From IMG/VR virus record IMGVR_UViG_3300016464_000385: a DNA stretch of 64,000 nucleotides; one strand, written 5' to 3'. Positions 50,301 through 59,180 of the stretch are shown one piece after another (the first letter of the stretch is position 1; each line of letters opens with the position of its first letter). The notes under the pieces were generated by a model that made no database searches, was not told the origin of the DNA, and saw nothing but the letters and a program-made list of their open reading frames with translations. Origin of the DNA: an uncultured virus (IMG/VR IMGVR_UViG_3300016464_000385) (taxonomy: Duplodnaviria > Heunggongvirae > Uroviricota > Caudoviricetes). A program made the translations under genes and the position numbers.

Positions 50301-50663
50301 TTCAAATATTTCACAATCAGATCCATACAAAGATTTAAATAAGAATTTGTATGAAGATATAGTGCCTTTAGTCTGATATATTTCTCTGGAAAATTTAAGT
50401 AATTTTCTTCTATCGCAAATTATGTCCTTCGGAAAAGAAGGCATAAATTCGTTATAGAAATAATCAATAAATTCGTCTAATGTAGAATCTATAGTTTGAT
50501 ATTCTAATAGATTTTTAGTCTCTCCATAAACTTGCCCTTGCTCTTCCATCCATTCATAATATGCTTCTAAAAAAGAAACGAAAGAAGAATAATCGGCTTC
50601 TTCGCTTATAAACGAAGGAAGTTGCGAAGTTATTAGATTTGATATTTTTGTTAAATCTTTCAT
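47307..50663 (-). CDS. gp7: Baseplate wedge initiator (gp7-like)
   Basis: 'SQLPSFI...FVSFLEAYYEWME', 'YQTKGTISSYKFLFK.LYG', 'QN..YNDFSY', 'LLHPAG'; follows gp6. Confidence 0.8.
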   Translation of the reverse strand: MKDLTKISNLITSQLPSFISEEADYSSFVSFLEAYYEWMEEQGQVYGETKNLLEYQTIDSTLDEFIDYFYNEFMPSFPKDIICDRRKLLKFSREIYQTKGTISSYKFLFKSLYGSDCEIFETKDFVLIPSSGVWFSPKSVKLRSSDPRFLNIEDYFIAGETSSSVAKIERVNLVGDKLEVFLSDIKRTFAVSEYVRVVDYNFKDLYFDEDGNVVSEGQGDLLRARLLSPISSVDINPKNRGNFYQTGNPVVFYQGLDEGGIGAVATVGEVTPGYLLTVTTNPSLPGNHGYRLPYTKVTLNPDPQKYTTIDVSEIDTSNTIPLNYIIKDSLEFHRNKILYCDANTGYSTNSDCDYGFSTLPKANSNTRMSDAFSFSSFNTHPLKSLIITKSSSFSSVPIIKAISTYETNKYLDTGAPYYDDRYTFDSDYECAELPLLGILGPIKIQKNPLTGSLISGKSYEVGDELIFSGSVGSGAFANVSSVGSNGEIISVSYYQKANVFAPPGGFGYYSSNLPKISIQPKIKTATVANNSKLVVITSASPLDNVKIGQTISGNGIPSNTLITTIYTGNNSVLISNNATATYISNTYNLVGTGASLYVECILGEAAQLSSTTDRIGSITTIKVSEYGEDYNFEPRVSLKIQDIAVSNLNITKLPSSGDLLYQGNVDVKSNYKSYVDSITLVESNINPSLSKYIIRSYNYNKLVDINSVLTLRLAQPNTANTYNLNIEKTYNFPEGYQGTDKSHLGVVTFGDGSAKANAKFLNGLKIGKGRYISDRGQLSSFSILQNKNYNDFSYILSVEKDISKYRKWIYELLHPAGSRLIGQARINSYVDHPTNFDIYYSNKLNIVDQYIYYVIADENYNTLLFDSSVPKYGQWTSNNTIKLREFPSTIFVGQIIEGYGIPNNSIIQTISLDGNYITISNNCTQNTLSQVLTVRDNANYPENYIYSVSAVRGNTSIGNNTIRIIGDYSSILSGISNGQIVTSEPVTISANVTYLSNKLTSVKVYGNVRSGQIISGRYIPSNTSIISYYPGNSTILMSNTATGNVISNTVHYEGGSPTLFENYIQLYNIPSNTKIIGINNYTITLSNKGIMDSNAKLFYFFDESNNIISALVESGISF

Positions 50664-52750
50664 TATAGTTTAGGAGTTACATTGACTACAATAGAATTAG
50701 AATCTAGAGTATCTATAGTTAATAACCTTTTTCTTGAAGAAGATAAAATTGTACTTCTTGGATTTGCCGATATTGTTAACCTATTTAGCAAACTATTTGG
50801 TACTTCTAGCGGAGCAAAATTATACAAGTATATTATGCCTTTCTCGTAATCTACTATACCAGTATCTGATGAAAATATTGTTTTTTGTTGTTTATCATTA
50901 TAATATATTGTTCTAAGGTTTCCATATCTACCCGCAATCGAAGCATATGCTTCTGCCCCATATCCATCACCAACAACCTTTACTGTAGCGTAACTATAAT
51001 TATTTCCTGGATTATCCAATACGACAGATCTTAAACTTCCATTAACTATAACTGCGTGAGCATTTGCTCCAGTTCCATCTCCAGTAATTTCTATTGTAGG
51101 AATTGTCGTATAGTTATATCCTGGTACTGAAACTAATATGGAATCTATTCCTCCTAATGCAGTGGGAAGTTCTTCTATCTGCGCTCCATATATTTTAGTT
51201 ACTCCAGAAGATTTATCATAAAAAGTCATTCCCGGATAAGAAGTTATTCCAGAAATAACAGAACCTCTTTCTAGAGGGCAACCAAAATCCAATACATAAT
51301 TAGTGCCAACTTCCAAATTAGGGAAAAATTTCTTTTCTATATAAATATCCCCATCATTAGATATAATAGAAACATCTGCAGTTTGTATTTTGTACAATAA
51401 AGTAGGATAACTTAAAGTTGAATCGAATGAATTTAATGTTGAATTACAAAAATCGTAAATAGCTTCTCTGACTTTCGTTTGTATTTGAGAAGGGCTTAAT
51501 TTAGTTTTTTTAGGATCATACAAAACGTTGGAAATAATTCTTAAATAAACGTAATCTGGATCTACTATTTGAGGATCAACAGTAATCACACTTATTGGTT
51601 TTATGATTTTGTTTTTTACTACTTCTTTTTGAGCCTCCGTTAATGTATATGCTCCAGAAGGCTTCAAGCATAAAAATACTTGTCCGTATATAGGAGGATC
51701 GTTTTCTTGACCTCCCCAAACATTAATAGCATCAAAAGAAAAATTGAAGTTGTTATTATTTAAAGCGTATATGTAATCTTGATAAGTTACTGCTCTTCCT
51801 TGTGCAGAATAATGTCTTGGTGCATTAAATTTAATAGAAGATACAGATTCTCTAGCAGTTCCGCCAAATGCTGTATCTACCGTTGTGATTACCGGAGAAT
51901 CTGAATTAAACGGAAGTTTATCTAATAATTTAAATTGATTATCGCTGCCTGCTCCATAACTAGCAATCCCCGAACTTACAACGTAAGTCATAAGAACTAC
52001 ATTTCCATCCTGAAGCAATTTACCAAGAACTCCGTCTCCAAAAATTAATTCATAAAAACCTTCGTTATTTTCTTCTATAAAATAAACTAAAGATTCTGGA
52101 CCAAGATACCCTAAATTTTCTGCATTATAATAATATTCGAAAGATGTATCTGTTACTGATTTTTGTACTCTTACTTCTAGCGTATTTAAATCTACGTCAG
52201 TATCAGGAATTAAAAATCTAGAATCTGGATTATTTTTTCTATAATATATTTGTCTAATTGATATTGGTTCTCCTTCAATCAATCCAATATTTTTTATTTC
52301 TATACTTGTGTTACCAACAGGTTTATTTTTATAAACATCTTCTGTTGTAACGAATGTATAATACTTATCGTCTATTTGTTCAGAAACAAATTTTGTATAT
52401 TTTGGTATTAATAGGTATGTATCGTTATTGCTGACCCCCGATATAGACATATTTATGGTGGCTATACAAGAATGAGTCGATTTTGGAACATAACCAAGAA
52501 GTTTAGCTTTAGATACTACAGAGTTTCTTTTTGTTGCTGTATCCAAAAACATTTCATTAGCAAGCATATTCAAATAATATGAATTATAATGCGTATTGTA
52601 TGCGAGTACATCTAGCAAAACAGAAAGGACGCTTCCTTCGTAATCTGCATCAGCTAATACATTTTGACCTTTTAAAAATTCCTTTAGGTTACTTTTAATA
52701 TTATCAAAATCTAAATCGGTAAGTTGTATATTTGAATTTGCTTGAGCCAT
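50663..52750 (-). CDS. gp6: Baseplate wedge subunit (gp6)
   Basis: 'LDFDNIKSNLK', 'LDVLAYNTHYN', 'NEMFLDTA', 'FGDGVLGK', 'AQGRAVT..DY'. Confidence 0.95.
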   Translation of the reverse strand: MAQANSNIQLTDLDFDNIKSNLKEFLKGQNVLADADYEGSVLSVLLDVLAYNTHYNSYYLNMLANEMFLDTATKRNSVVSKAKLLGYVPKSTHSCIATINMSISGVSNNDTYLLIPKYTKFVSEQIDDKYYTFVTTEDVYKNKPVGNTSIEIKNIGLIEGEPISIRQIYYRKNNPDSRFLIPDTDVDLNTLEVRVQKSVTDTSFEYYYNAENLGYLGPESLVYFIEENNEGFYELIFGDGVLGKLLQDGNVVLMTYVVSSGIASYGAGSDNQFKLLDKLPFNSDSPVITTVDTAFGGTARESVSSIKFNAPRHYSAQGRAVTYQDYIYALNNNNFNFSFDAINVWGGQENDPPIYGQVFLCLKPSGAYTLTEAQKEVVKNKIIKPISVITVDPQIVDPDYVYLRIISNVLYDPKKTKLSPSQIQTKVREAIYDFCNSTLNSFDSTLSYPTLLYKIQTADVSIISNDGDIYIEKKFFPNLEVGTNYVLDFGCPLERGSVISGITSYPGMTFYDKSSGVTKIYGAQIEELPTALGGIDSILVSVPGYNYTTIPTIEITGDGTGANAHAVIVNGSLRSVVLDNPGNNYSYATVKVVGDGYGAEAYASIAGRYGNLRTIYYNDKQQKTIFSSDTGIVDYEKGIIYLYNFAPLEVPNSLLNRLTISANPRSTILSSSRKRLLTIDTLDSNSIVVNVTPKL

Positions 52751-52765
52751 TAGTATTTCTCTTTA

Positions 52766-53182
52766 TTAAAATATGTTTCCTGGGAAAGGAATTTTTAAAT
52801 TATTTACTTCGTCCGAATTTAATAGATAATAAGATATATCAGCTATAACACTATTTTCATCGTCTTCCGAATAATAAACGTTTATTGAAATTAAATTTAC
52901 TCTAGGTTCAAAGTTTTTTATAACATTGTAAATTTCTTTTTCTAGAACATTTGTAGTAAAACTCCCATTCAATTCGAACAATAATTTTCTAACGTTACAG
53001 CCTATTTCTGGATGAAATAGTCGTTCATAATAATTCGTCAATAATAAATTTCTTATAGATTTGTTTATTGCATCAGCCCCTTTATTTGTAGTTAAATCTT
53101 TCTTTATTGGGTGAATCTTAAATAATAAATCTAAATCGGAGTACGATAATTTATCAGAAGTTTTGTTTATATTTATTTCCAT
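52766..53182 (-). CDS. gp25: Baseplate wedge subunit / sheath initiator (gp25)
   Basis: 'YSDLDL.F..HP', 'SIRNLLLT...ER.FHPEIG', 'NFEPRV'. Confidence 0.95.
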   Translation of the reverse strand: MEININKTSDKLSYSDLDLLFKIHPIKKDLTTNKGADAINKSIRNLLLTNYYERLFHPEIGCNVRKLLFELNGSFTTNVLEKEIYNVIKNFEPRVNLISINVYYSEDDENSVIADISYYLLNSDEVNNLKIPFPGNIF

Positions 53183-54654
53183 TAGTATATCGAATTTTTA
53201 GATTTTAACGAATTTAATTGAGTATTGTTATTATCGAAATCGGTCAATCCAGGAGCTTCCTCTAACGTATCGTAATAAGAATCTTTTCTTATTTCTAATA
53301 CTGTTTTAAAATCTCCAGTTTTATTTATTACATGCCTAAGAGCGCTGACTAAATAAAATCCAGATAAAAATTTATTTTCTGGTTTAGTAGAATTATTTGT
53401 ATCTATAGTGGTCTGAGGTAAATTTACTTTCACAATCATACCAACGCTAACATTATGGTCCCCTGGTATTACTATTTTTAATACGTTAGTATCAAGTAAA
53501 CCGAATTGAGCTGCTCTATGTGGAAGGGTATATTCTATGTTTATATCTTTTATTTCGTTTTGATTAGTTTTGACAAACTTATTATCTATTTGTCCAGTAT
53601 TGGTTGGTATAACTTTTACAACTCCTTCGCTATATTCATTATATTTTTTACCAAACCTATCTTGCGCATTCGACATTATAGAATATTTATTTTCTGATTT
53701 ATACAAATCAATATTCGATTTAGTATAGTTTTCATAATTTTCGTAATTGAAATCTGTACTTCTATAAGTCCTTGTTAACGGATCAATCGTAATCAATTTA
53801 TTAGCAAAAATTCCTTTTTTGATATTTTCAATAGAATTATATGATTTAAGTATATTATAAGAAATTATTTGTTCGCTGTCTCTAATTTTACTAGAGTTTG
53901 GAGTTTTTGATCCTATCATTCTGCTACTATCGACATTTTTTACGCCATACCAATAGCCGTGACCAGTATTCTCCCATCCTTTATAAAAATATGTGTCCTT
54001 ATTTTTAAAAATTTCTAATAAAGATTTAAAAAAATAACCGTATCTGTTTTGCCAGAATAAATAAGTTGCTCCGCTTTCTCTGCTATTTGGTAGATTATTA
54101 GATATTGCATAATTACATAACCAATTTATAGCCTCATATGGTCTTAAATTAGGTATAGTTATATTATGAGTTCCATAAGTCATTTCTATATTTTCATCTA
54201 AAAATTCTTTAGGATCTATTTTTAAATATTGAAATGCTATATCTTTTACAATTTCATCTATTCTTGAATTTTTATATGTTTTACTTATTCTTATTTTCTG
54301 CGCTAATAATAATTCCTCGGAACAAAAATTCAATATATAATTTTCATTGGTTTCGCTAGTGGTTACTCTATTAGACATAGAATAAATTTTACAAACCTTT
54401 TTTATGATAGTATCATCATCCGTTTTTCCAAAAGACAAAATCAAATATTCGTCTCCAGACCAAGAATATTTGTTGTGTAAAGAAGAAGAATCGTTTATTA
54501 ATAGATTCCCTGATATGGAATTTGAAAAAATGTCTTCATAATAATTTAACTCAACCAGTACTGGCATCATTTCCAATACACCAACAGAAGAAACTATTTT
54601 ACATTCCTTTATATAAACATCTATTATAGATTGAGTAATACTTAAATTAGACAT
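53182..54654 (-). CDS. Probable baseplate hub protein (gp27-like)
   Basis: 'YEDIFSNSISG', 'IPNLRPYEAINWL', 'IPGD..VSVG', 'LSGFYLVSALRH'; located after gp53. Confidence 0.7.
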   Translation of the reverse strand: MSNLSITQSIIDVYIKECKIVSSVGVLEMMPVLVELNYYEDIFSNSISGNLLINDSSSLHNKYSWSGDEYLILSFGKTDDDTIIKKVCKIYSMSNRVTTSETNENYILNFCSEELLLAQKIRISKTYKNSRIDEIVKDIAFQYLKIDPKEFLDENIEMTYGTHNITIPNLRPYEAINWLCNYAISNNLPNSRESGATYLFWQNRYGYFFKSLLEIFKNKDTYFYKGWENTGHGYWYGVKNVDSSRMIGSKTPNSSKIRDSEQIISYNILKSYNSIENIKKGIFANKLITIDPLTRTYRSTDFNYENYENYTKSNIDLYKSENKYSIMSNAQDRFGKKYNEYSEGVVKVIPTNTGQIDNKFVKTNQNEIKDINIEYTLPHRAAQFGLLDTNVLKIVIPGDHNVSVGMIVKVNLPQTTIDTNNSTKPENKFLSGFYLVSALRHVINKTGDFKTVLEIRKDSYYDTLEEAPGLTDFDNNNTQLNSLKSKNSIY

Positions 54655-55291
54655 TTTGTATATTAGAAATCAAAGTGTTTAAAGATTTTACGGCGTCCAG
54701 TTTATATTCTTCTTTCAATAATTTTATATTTCGTTTTTCTTCATTTACTTCCATTTCTCTTTGATATATCGTTGTTATATTTTTTTGTAAATCGTACGAA
54801 ATTTCTTCAAAATTATCAACAAAAAATTTAGTATATGTTTGAGTTAGTTCATACGTGCGTTTATCAATATTATAATAATTTTTTCGTAGAACGGTATTTG
54901 TTGATATATTTGTAATAGTTATTATTTTTTGATATCCATATACAGGGTCTGGAGTTGTTAATGCATATTTATATCCGCTAATGTTTAACTCATCTCCTTG
55001 CGTTTTGTATTTGTTATTAATATAATTATTAAACGCAACAGAATTCATCGGTAAATCAAAATTAGGGTTTAATATACCATTAGTTAATAGTATAATCCAA
55101 TGTAGAGTGGAATCTCCATAATATTTATTTGCAATAGTGTCAGGAGTGTCTATATCTTGATAGGTATAATCATAATATAATAAGGGGTCTTTTACCCAGT
55201 CGAATTCGCTATATTTTACTCTAGCTGAAATATCAGTTAATAATACATTATTATAAAATATCTTAGGAATTTTTTGAAAAAATGGAATCAT
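54647..55291 (-). CDS. gp53: Baseplate wedge protein (gp53, LysM-like)
   Basis: 'FFQKIPKIFY', 'DTPDTIANKYYGD...HWIILLTN', 'NEEKRNIKLLK'. Confidence 0.92.
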   Translation of the reverse strand: MIPFFQKIPKIFYNNVLLTDISARVKYSEFDWVKDPLLYYDYTYQDIDTPDTIANKYYGDSTLHWIILLTNGILNPNFDLPMNSVAFNNYINNKYKTQGDELNISGYKYALTTPDPVYGYQKIITITNISTNTVLRKNYYNIDKRTYELTQTYTKFFVDNFEEISYDLQKNITTIYQREMEVNEEKRNIKLLKEEYKLDAVKSLNTLISNIQNV

Positions 55292-55292
55292 A

Positions 55293-56363
55293 TTAGAACC
55301 CTTCTTCTACATCTTGTCTTGTTATTTGTTCAATTTCTTTAAACATCAGAGACATTTCAATGGCAGCTGGCATACCATCTACATAAGTAGACCAACCTCT
55401 TGGCGAATAATTAACGGTACAGTCTCTCAACACGCAAGTTTTAATTTTTGGTATTTTTGTATTAGTTTTGCCTTTATGAAAAACTTCTATATCGAACGTA
55501 GAAGGAGCTAAATAAAACCTAGAAGTTCCGTATAAGAGTTCTGGGGATGAGTGAAATCTAAAAGTTTTTATTATATTTCTGATATTTCTTGATTCTTTTT
55601 CATTACTAGGAATAAATACAAACTGGAATTGGAATTCTCTTAGGGCAGCTATACCTCTAAACATAACTAAAATATTAGGATTAGTTGCAACCCCAGCAGC
55701 GCCTTTTACAATACTTCCTATATCACCAAGATTTGCTCCAGCTTTATTAGCTAAATCTGCGCCTCTTCTAGCAGCTTCTGCAGCGGCTGTTACAGTCCAT
55801 CCGTAATTATCGGAAGAAAAAGTTGACAAAGCACTATCTAATTTTTCCCCATTTCTGAATCTATCTGCCAAACTCCCGAGATATTTTCCTGTTTGGGCTG
55901 CTCCTTGTATTAAAGCGCCAGCATTTCCAAATGCTGCAGTACGATCAACGTTAGCCCAATCGAGACTTGTTCCGAAAGTTAATCCGGAAGAAGGAACGTA
56001 TAACGAGATTGCTTTATTAATTCTTTTATATAAGGGTCTTATCGGACCAGTACTTCCAAAGTTTCCACTCAATCCCTTAACTGCGTCAAATTTTGTTGGA
56101 ATTTTTCCGGAAACAGTACTCTTCAAGCCAAAAAACCCTGCTCCGTCCGGAACAGAATATGTATTGTTAATATTCCAAACACTCTTCTGACCATCAATAT
56201 AAGAACTTTTTTCATGAACATTTATATAAAAATTCATATAATGTCCATTTCCAGTTATGTCATCTATAATTTCAGGAAATTTAGCATAACTAAAATCGTA
56301 TTTTCCTTGGCCTGAAGATAAAGAATATAAAGAATCCAGCGGAGATTTTATTCCTAAGTCCAT
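55293..56363 (-). CDS. gp48: Baseplate tail-tube cap (gp48)
   Basis: 'ISLYVP', 'NPN..VMFRG...REFQFQF.F.P', 'IIKTFRFHSSP', 'MSLMFKEIE'. Confidence 0.88.
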   Translation of the reverse strand: MDLGIKSPLDSLYSLSSGQGKYDFSYAKFPEIIDDITGNGHYMNFYINVHEKSSYIDGQKSVWNINNTYSVPDGAGFFGLKSTVSGKIPTKFDAVKGLSGNFGSTGPIRPLYKRINKAISLYVPSSGLTFGTSLDWANVDRTAAFGNAGALIQGAAQTGKYLGSLADRFRNGEKLDSALSTFSSDNYGWTVTAAAEAARRGADLANKAGANLGDIGSIVKGAAGVATNPNILVMFRGIAALREFQFQFVFIPSNEKESRNIRNIIKTFRFHSSPELLYGTSRFYLAPSTFDIEVFHKGKTNTKIPKIKTCVLRDCTVNYSPRGWSTYVDGMPAAIEMSLMFKEIEQITRQDVEEGF

Positions 56364-56383
56364 AAAATTTATTTAAAATGTGT

Positions 56384-56403
56384 TATAAATAATATTATTT
56401 ATA
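56384..56403. promoter_or_regulatory. Palindromic pair of late promoters serving divergent gp48 and gp4
   Basis: TATAAATA-ATAT-TATTTATA perfect 20-bp palindrome in the 51-nt spacer. Confidence 0.8.
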
Positions 56404-56414
56404 TAACATTTTTT

Positions 56415-56858
56415 ATGGCTGGTAAATCATATCCAAAACCTAAATTATGGTCCCCAAAAAATCCGCAAAAATATACAGGCGATTCATCCAATATATGGAT
56501 AAGATCTTCATGGGAATTGAAAGTTTATAAATGGATGGATTTAAAAAGTAATGTGATATCCTGGAGTTCTGAAGAAATAGCTATTCCATATTTGTCTCCA
56601 GTAGATAATAGATGGCACAAATATTACCCTGACGTTTTAGCTAGAATTGATGTTGGGAATAAAATAATAACTTTTTTGGTGGAAATAAAACCATATAATC
56701 AAACGATAGAACCTAAAATTAAAAAAAGAATAACTAAAAATTATATAAACGAAGTTTGTACTTGGGGAGTAAATTCCGCCAAATGGAAAGCTGCGGAAGA
56801 ATATTGTTTAGATAGAAAATGGAAATTTAAATTGTTAACAGAAAAGGATCTATTTTAA
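56415..56858 (+). CDS. gp4: Head completion nuclease (gp4, TnsA-like)
   Basis: 'PKNPQKYTGD', 'RSSWE', 'WSSEEIAIPY.SPVDNRWHKYYPD', 'VEIKP', 'AKWKAA'. Confidence 0.95.
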   Translation: MAGKSYPKPKLWSPKNPQKYTGDSSNIWIRSSWELKVYKWMDLKSNVISWSSEEIAIPYLSPVDNRWHKYYPDVLARIDVGNKIITFLVEIKPYNQTIEPKIKKRITKNYINEVCTWGVNSAKWKAAEEYCLDRKWKFKLLTEKDLF

Positions 56859-57589
56859 TGCCTTTTACAAAAAATTATTCTTTATTCCATACGGTAAATT
56901 ATAAAGATAAAATGTATATATTTGATCCATTTGCCTTTGGTATAGGCTCATGGAAAATATATCACCAAAATTCCGGTAAAATGGGGATAAGCGTTGAAAA
57001 ATCCCTACAAAGAGAATTAAATGAATTAATGTTTGGTAATGGAGAATTACCAAATATGTTAGAGAGACTTAAAATAGCAAGCGAAGAAGAAAAACAAAAT
57101 TTTAAAGAAATAGCTTTAACTTGGCTTCAGCTAAAAGTAAGAGGATTAAAAGAAAGGAAAACAGTCGAGGGAATGAAAACTACATCAGTTTTTGTTCCTG
57201 GAGGAATGTATTATTATTCTTATGATGCAAAATATAAAGATATACTTCCTATTTGGGATAGATTTCCTCTTACCATAATTTTAGAAATCTATGGAGATGG
57301 ATTTTTGGGTTTGAATTTACATTATATAGAACAAGAAAAGAAAGCTGCTATTTTATCATATTTAGTTGAACATTTTGGTAATTTAAATGAAAATAATTCT
57401 ATATTAAAACTAGCTATAACTTATAAAATAATTTCTTCAATTTCTTATAAGACTGAATTTTCTCCTTGTATAAAAAGGTATTTATTTTCTCATGTAAATT
57501 CTAAGATTTTACCAGTAGAACCGCACGAATGGGCGTATTCCATTTGGATACAAGCTCAAGATTTCCAATATAATCAAGGTAAAAGATAA
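56858..57589 (+). CDS. gp2: DNA end protector protein (gp2)
   Basis: 'GGMYYYSYDAKYK..LP.WDRFPL', 'GFLGLNLHY', 'PCIKRYL'. Confidence 0.9.
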   Translation: MPFTKNYSLFHTVNYKDKMYIFDPFAFGIGSWKIYHQNSGKMGISVEKSLQRELNELMFGNGELPNMLERLKIASEEEKQNFKEIALTWLQLKVRGLKERKTVEGMKTTSVFVPGGMYYYSYDAKYKDILPIWDRFPLTIILEIYGDGFLGLNLHYIEQEKKAAILSYLVEHFGNLNENNSILKLAITYKIISSISYKTEFSPCIKRYLFSHVNSKILPVEPHEWAYSIWIQAQDFQYNQGKR

Positions 57590-58236
57590 TGTCAAATGTC
57601 AAAAATTTTATATCAAATTTTAAGAAAACCGAACTTGCTAGACCATATAATTTCGATGTTAGTTTTTATCCATCCGAATCAGTAATTTCTACTATAATAA
57701 GCCCTTCTTTGGCAGGGAAGGCTTTGCAATTAGAATTACTGAAAAATGGAAGAGATTTTAAAATGAAATGCGAACAAGCAGAATTACCTGCTAGAACATT
57801 TTCTACAGTAGAACAAAGAATATATGGATATACAGATAAATTTCCAATATCAACTTCATACGAACCTATTACATTAGTCTTTATATGTTCGGATGATATG
57901 AACGAAAAATTATTTTTTGATTTGTGGATGGAAGTTATTTCCATGACTAACCCTATTGGTATTGCAGTTTCTGCAATAGCAGACGTAGCAGAGAATTTAT
58001 TAGGTATTGATACAGGTTTTGGAACTAGATTCGACCTTCAATATAAAGATAATTATTCTTGTATGATAGAAATCACTCAATATGATTTGACAGGAAAAGC
58101 CTCGTATAAAGTAATGTTGATAGCAGCTTTCCCAAGATCCGTAAATCAAATGCCTTTACGTTGGTCTGACACAGGTTCTTATCATAGGATAGCGGTTACT
58201 TTTGAATATAAATATTTCATGATTGTCCCTTTATAG
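57589..58236 (+). CDS. gp54: Tail-tube-fold baseplate protein (gp54-like initiator)
   Basis: 'LARPYNFDV', 'CEQAELPAR', 'FFDLWM', 'IEITQYD', 'AFP.SVNQMPL.W'. Confidence 0.75.
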   Translation: MSNVKNFISNFKKTELARPYNFDVSFYPSESVISTIISPSLAGKALQLELLKNGRDFKMKCEQAELPARTFSTVEQRIYGYTDKFPISTSYEPITLVFICSDDMNEKLFFDLWMEVISMTNPIGIAVSAIADVAENLLGIDTGFGTRFDLQYKDNYSCMIEITQYDLTGKASYKVMLIAAFPRSVNQMPLRWSDTGSYHRIAVTFEYKYFMIVPL

Positions 58237-58272
58237 ATGATTGATATCTTAAACTAATTTCGGAGTTATAAA

Positions 58273-58998
58273 ATGTTACCTAAAATTGATTCGCCCGTTT
58301 TTGAATTGACTTTACCAATTTCAAAGCATAAAGTTTCTTACAGGCCTTTTTTGATTAAAGAGCAAAAAATATTATTAATGGCCGGTGAATCTGATGAAAA
58401 AGATTTTCTTTACAAAAACGTAAAACAAATTATATCAAATTGTTGTTTATCTGAAATAAATGTAGAAGATTTGTCTATTGTTGATATTGAATATTTCTTT
58501 TTACATTTAAGAGCAAAGTCTGTTGGAGAAATTGTTGATACGAAATATAGATGTCAACATTACATCGAAGAAACTGAAGAATATTGTAATAATTTAATGG
58601 ACGTTTCTTATAATATCCTTGATACAGAAATAGATACAGAAAATTATAACGAGTTAATACAATTAACCGATAATATGGGAATAAAGATGAAATACCCAGA
58701 TTATAAAACTATTGAAACTGCTTATGAAAATTCTGGGTCTGATGAAGAAGATGTATTTGGAGTTATAAAATCTTGTATTGATTATATTTATGATCAAGAT
58801 AACGTTTATAGCTTAAAAGAAGCGACGAAAGAAGAAATAGATGAATTTTTTGATTCATTAAGCGTTAAACAAATAAAAGAAATTAAAGATTATTTTAATA
58901 ATTTACCAACGATCAAAAAAGAAATAAAAGTGAATTGTAATAAATGCGGTTTTAATCACGAGATTAACGTAAAGGGGTTAATGAATTTTTTCGATTAA
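58273..58998 (+). CDS. gp26: Baseplate hub assembly protein (gp26)
   Basis: 'MLPKI..PVFELTLP', 'YRPFLIKEQKILL', 'LRAKSVGE', 'MKYP', ends 'C.KC....GLMNFFD'. Confidence 0.93.
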   Translation: MLPKIDSPVFELTLPISKHKVSYRPFLIKEQKILLMAGESDEKDFLYKNVKQIISNCCLSEINVEDLSIVDIEYFFLHLRAKSVGEIVDTKYRCQHYIEETEEYCNNLMDVSYNILDTEIDTENYNELIQLTDNMGIKMKYPDYKTIETAYENSGSDEEDVFGVIKSCIDYIYDQDNVYSLKEATKEEIDEFFDSLSVKQIKEIKDYFNNLPTIKKEIKVNCNKCGFNHEINVKGLMNFFD

Positions 58999-59171
58999 TT
59001 TTTAGTCATGAAAACTTGAGCAATTATTATAAGGTTAATTTTATTTTGATGCATCATCACAAATACAGTTTAACTGAATTAGAAAATATGCTACCGTGGG
59101 AAAGAGAAATTTATATTATACAATTAGAAAATTACATAAAAGAACAACAAGATAAATCCATCACTGGATAG
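58986..59171 (+). CDS. gp51: gp51-like baseplate assembly segment in the -1 frame of gp26 (missed by the ORF track)
   Basis: Reads 'SHENLSNYYKVNFILMHHHKYSLTELENMLPWEREIY...' to TAG at 59169-59171; first in-frame ATG (59049) lies inside the conserved-looking segment. Confidence 0.8.
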   Translation, partial: FFRLIFSHENLSNYYKVNFILMHHHKYSLTELENMLPWEREIYIIQLENYIKEQQDKSITG

Positions 59172-59180
59172 GAAAAATAA

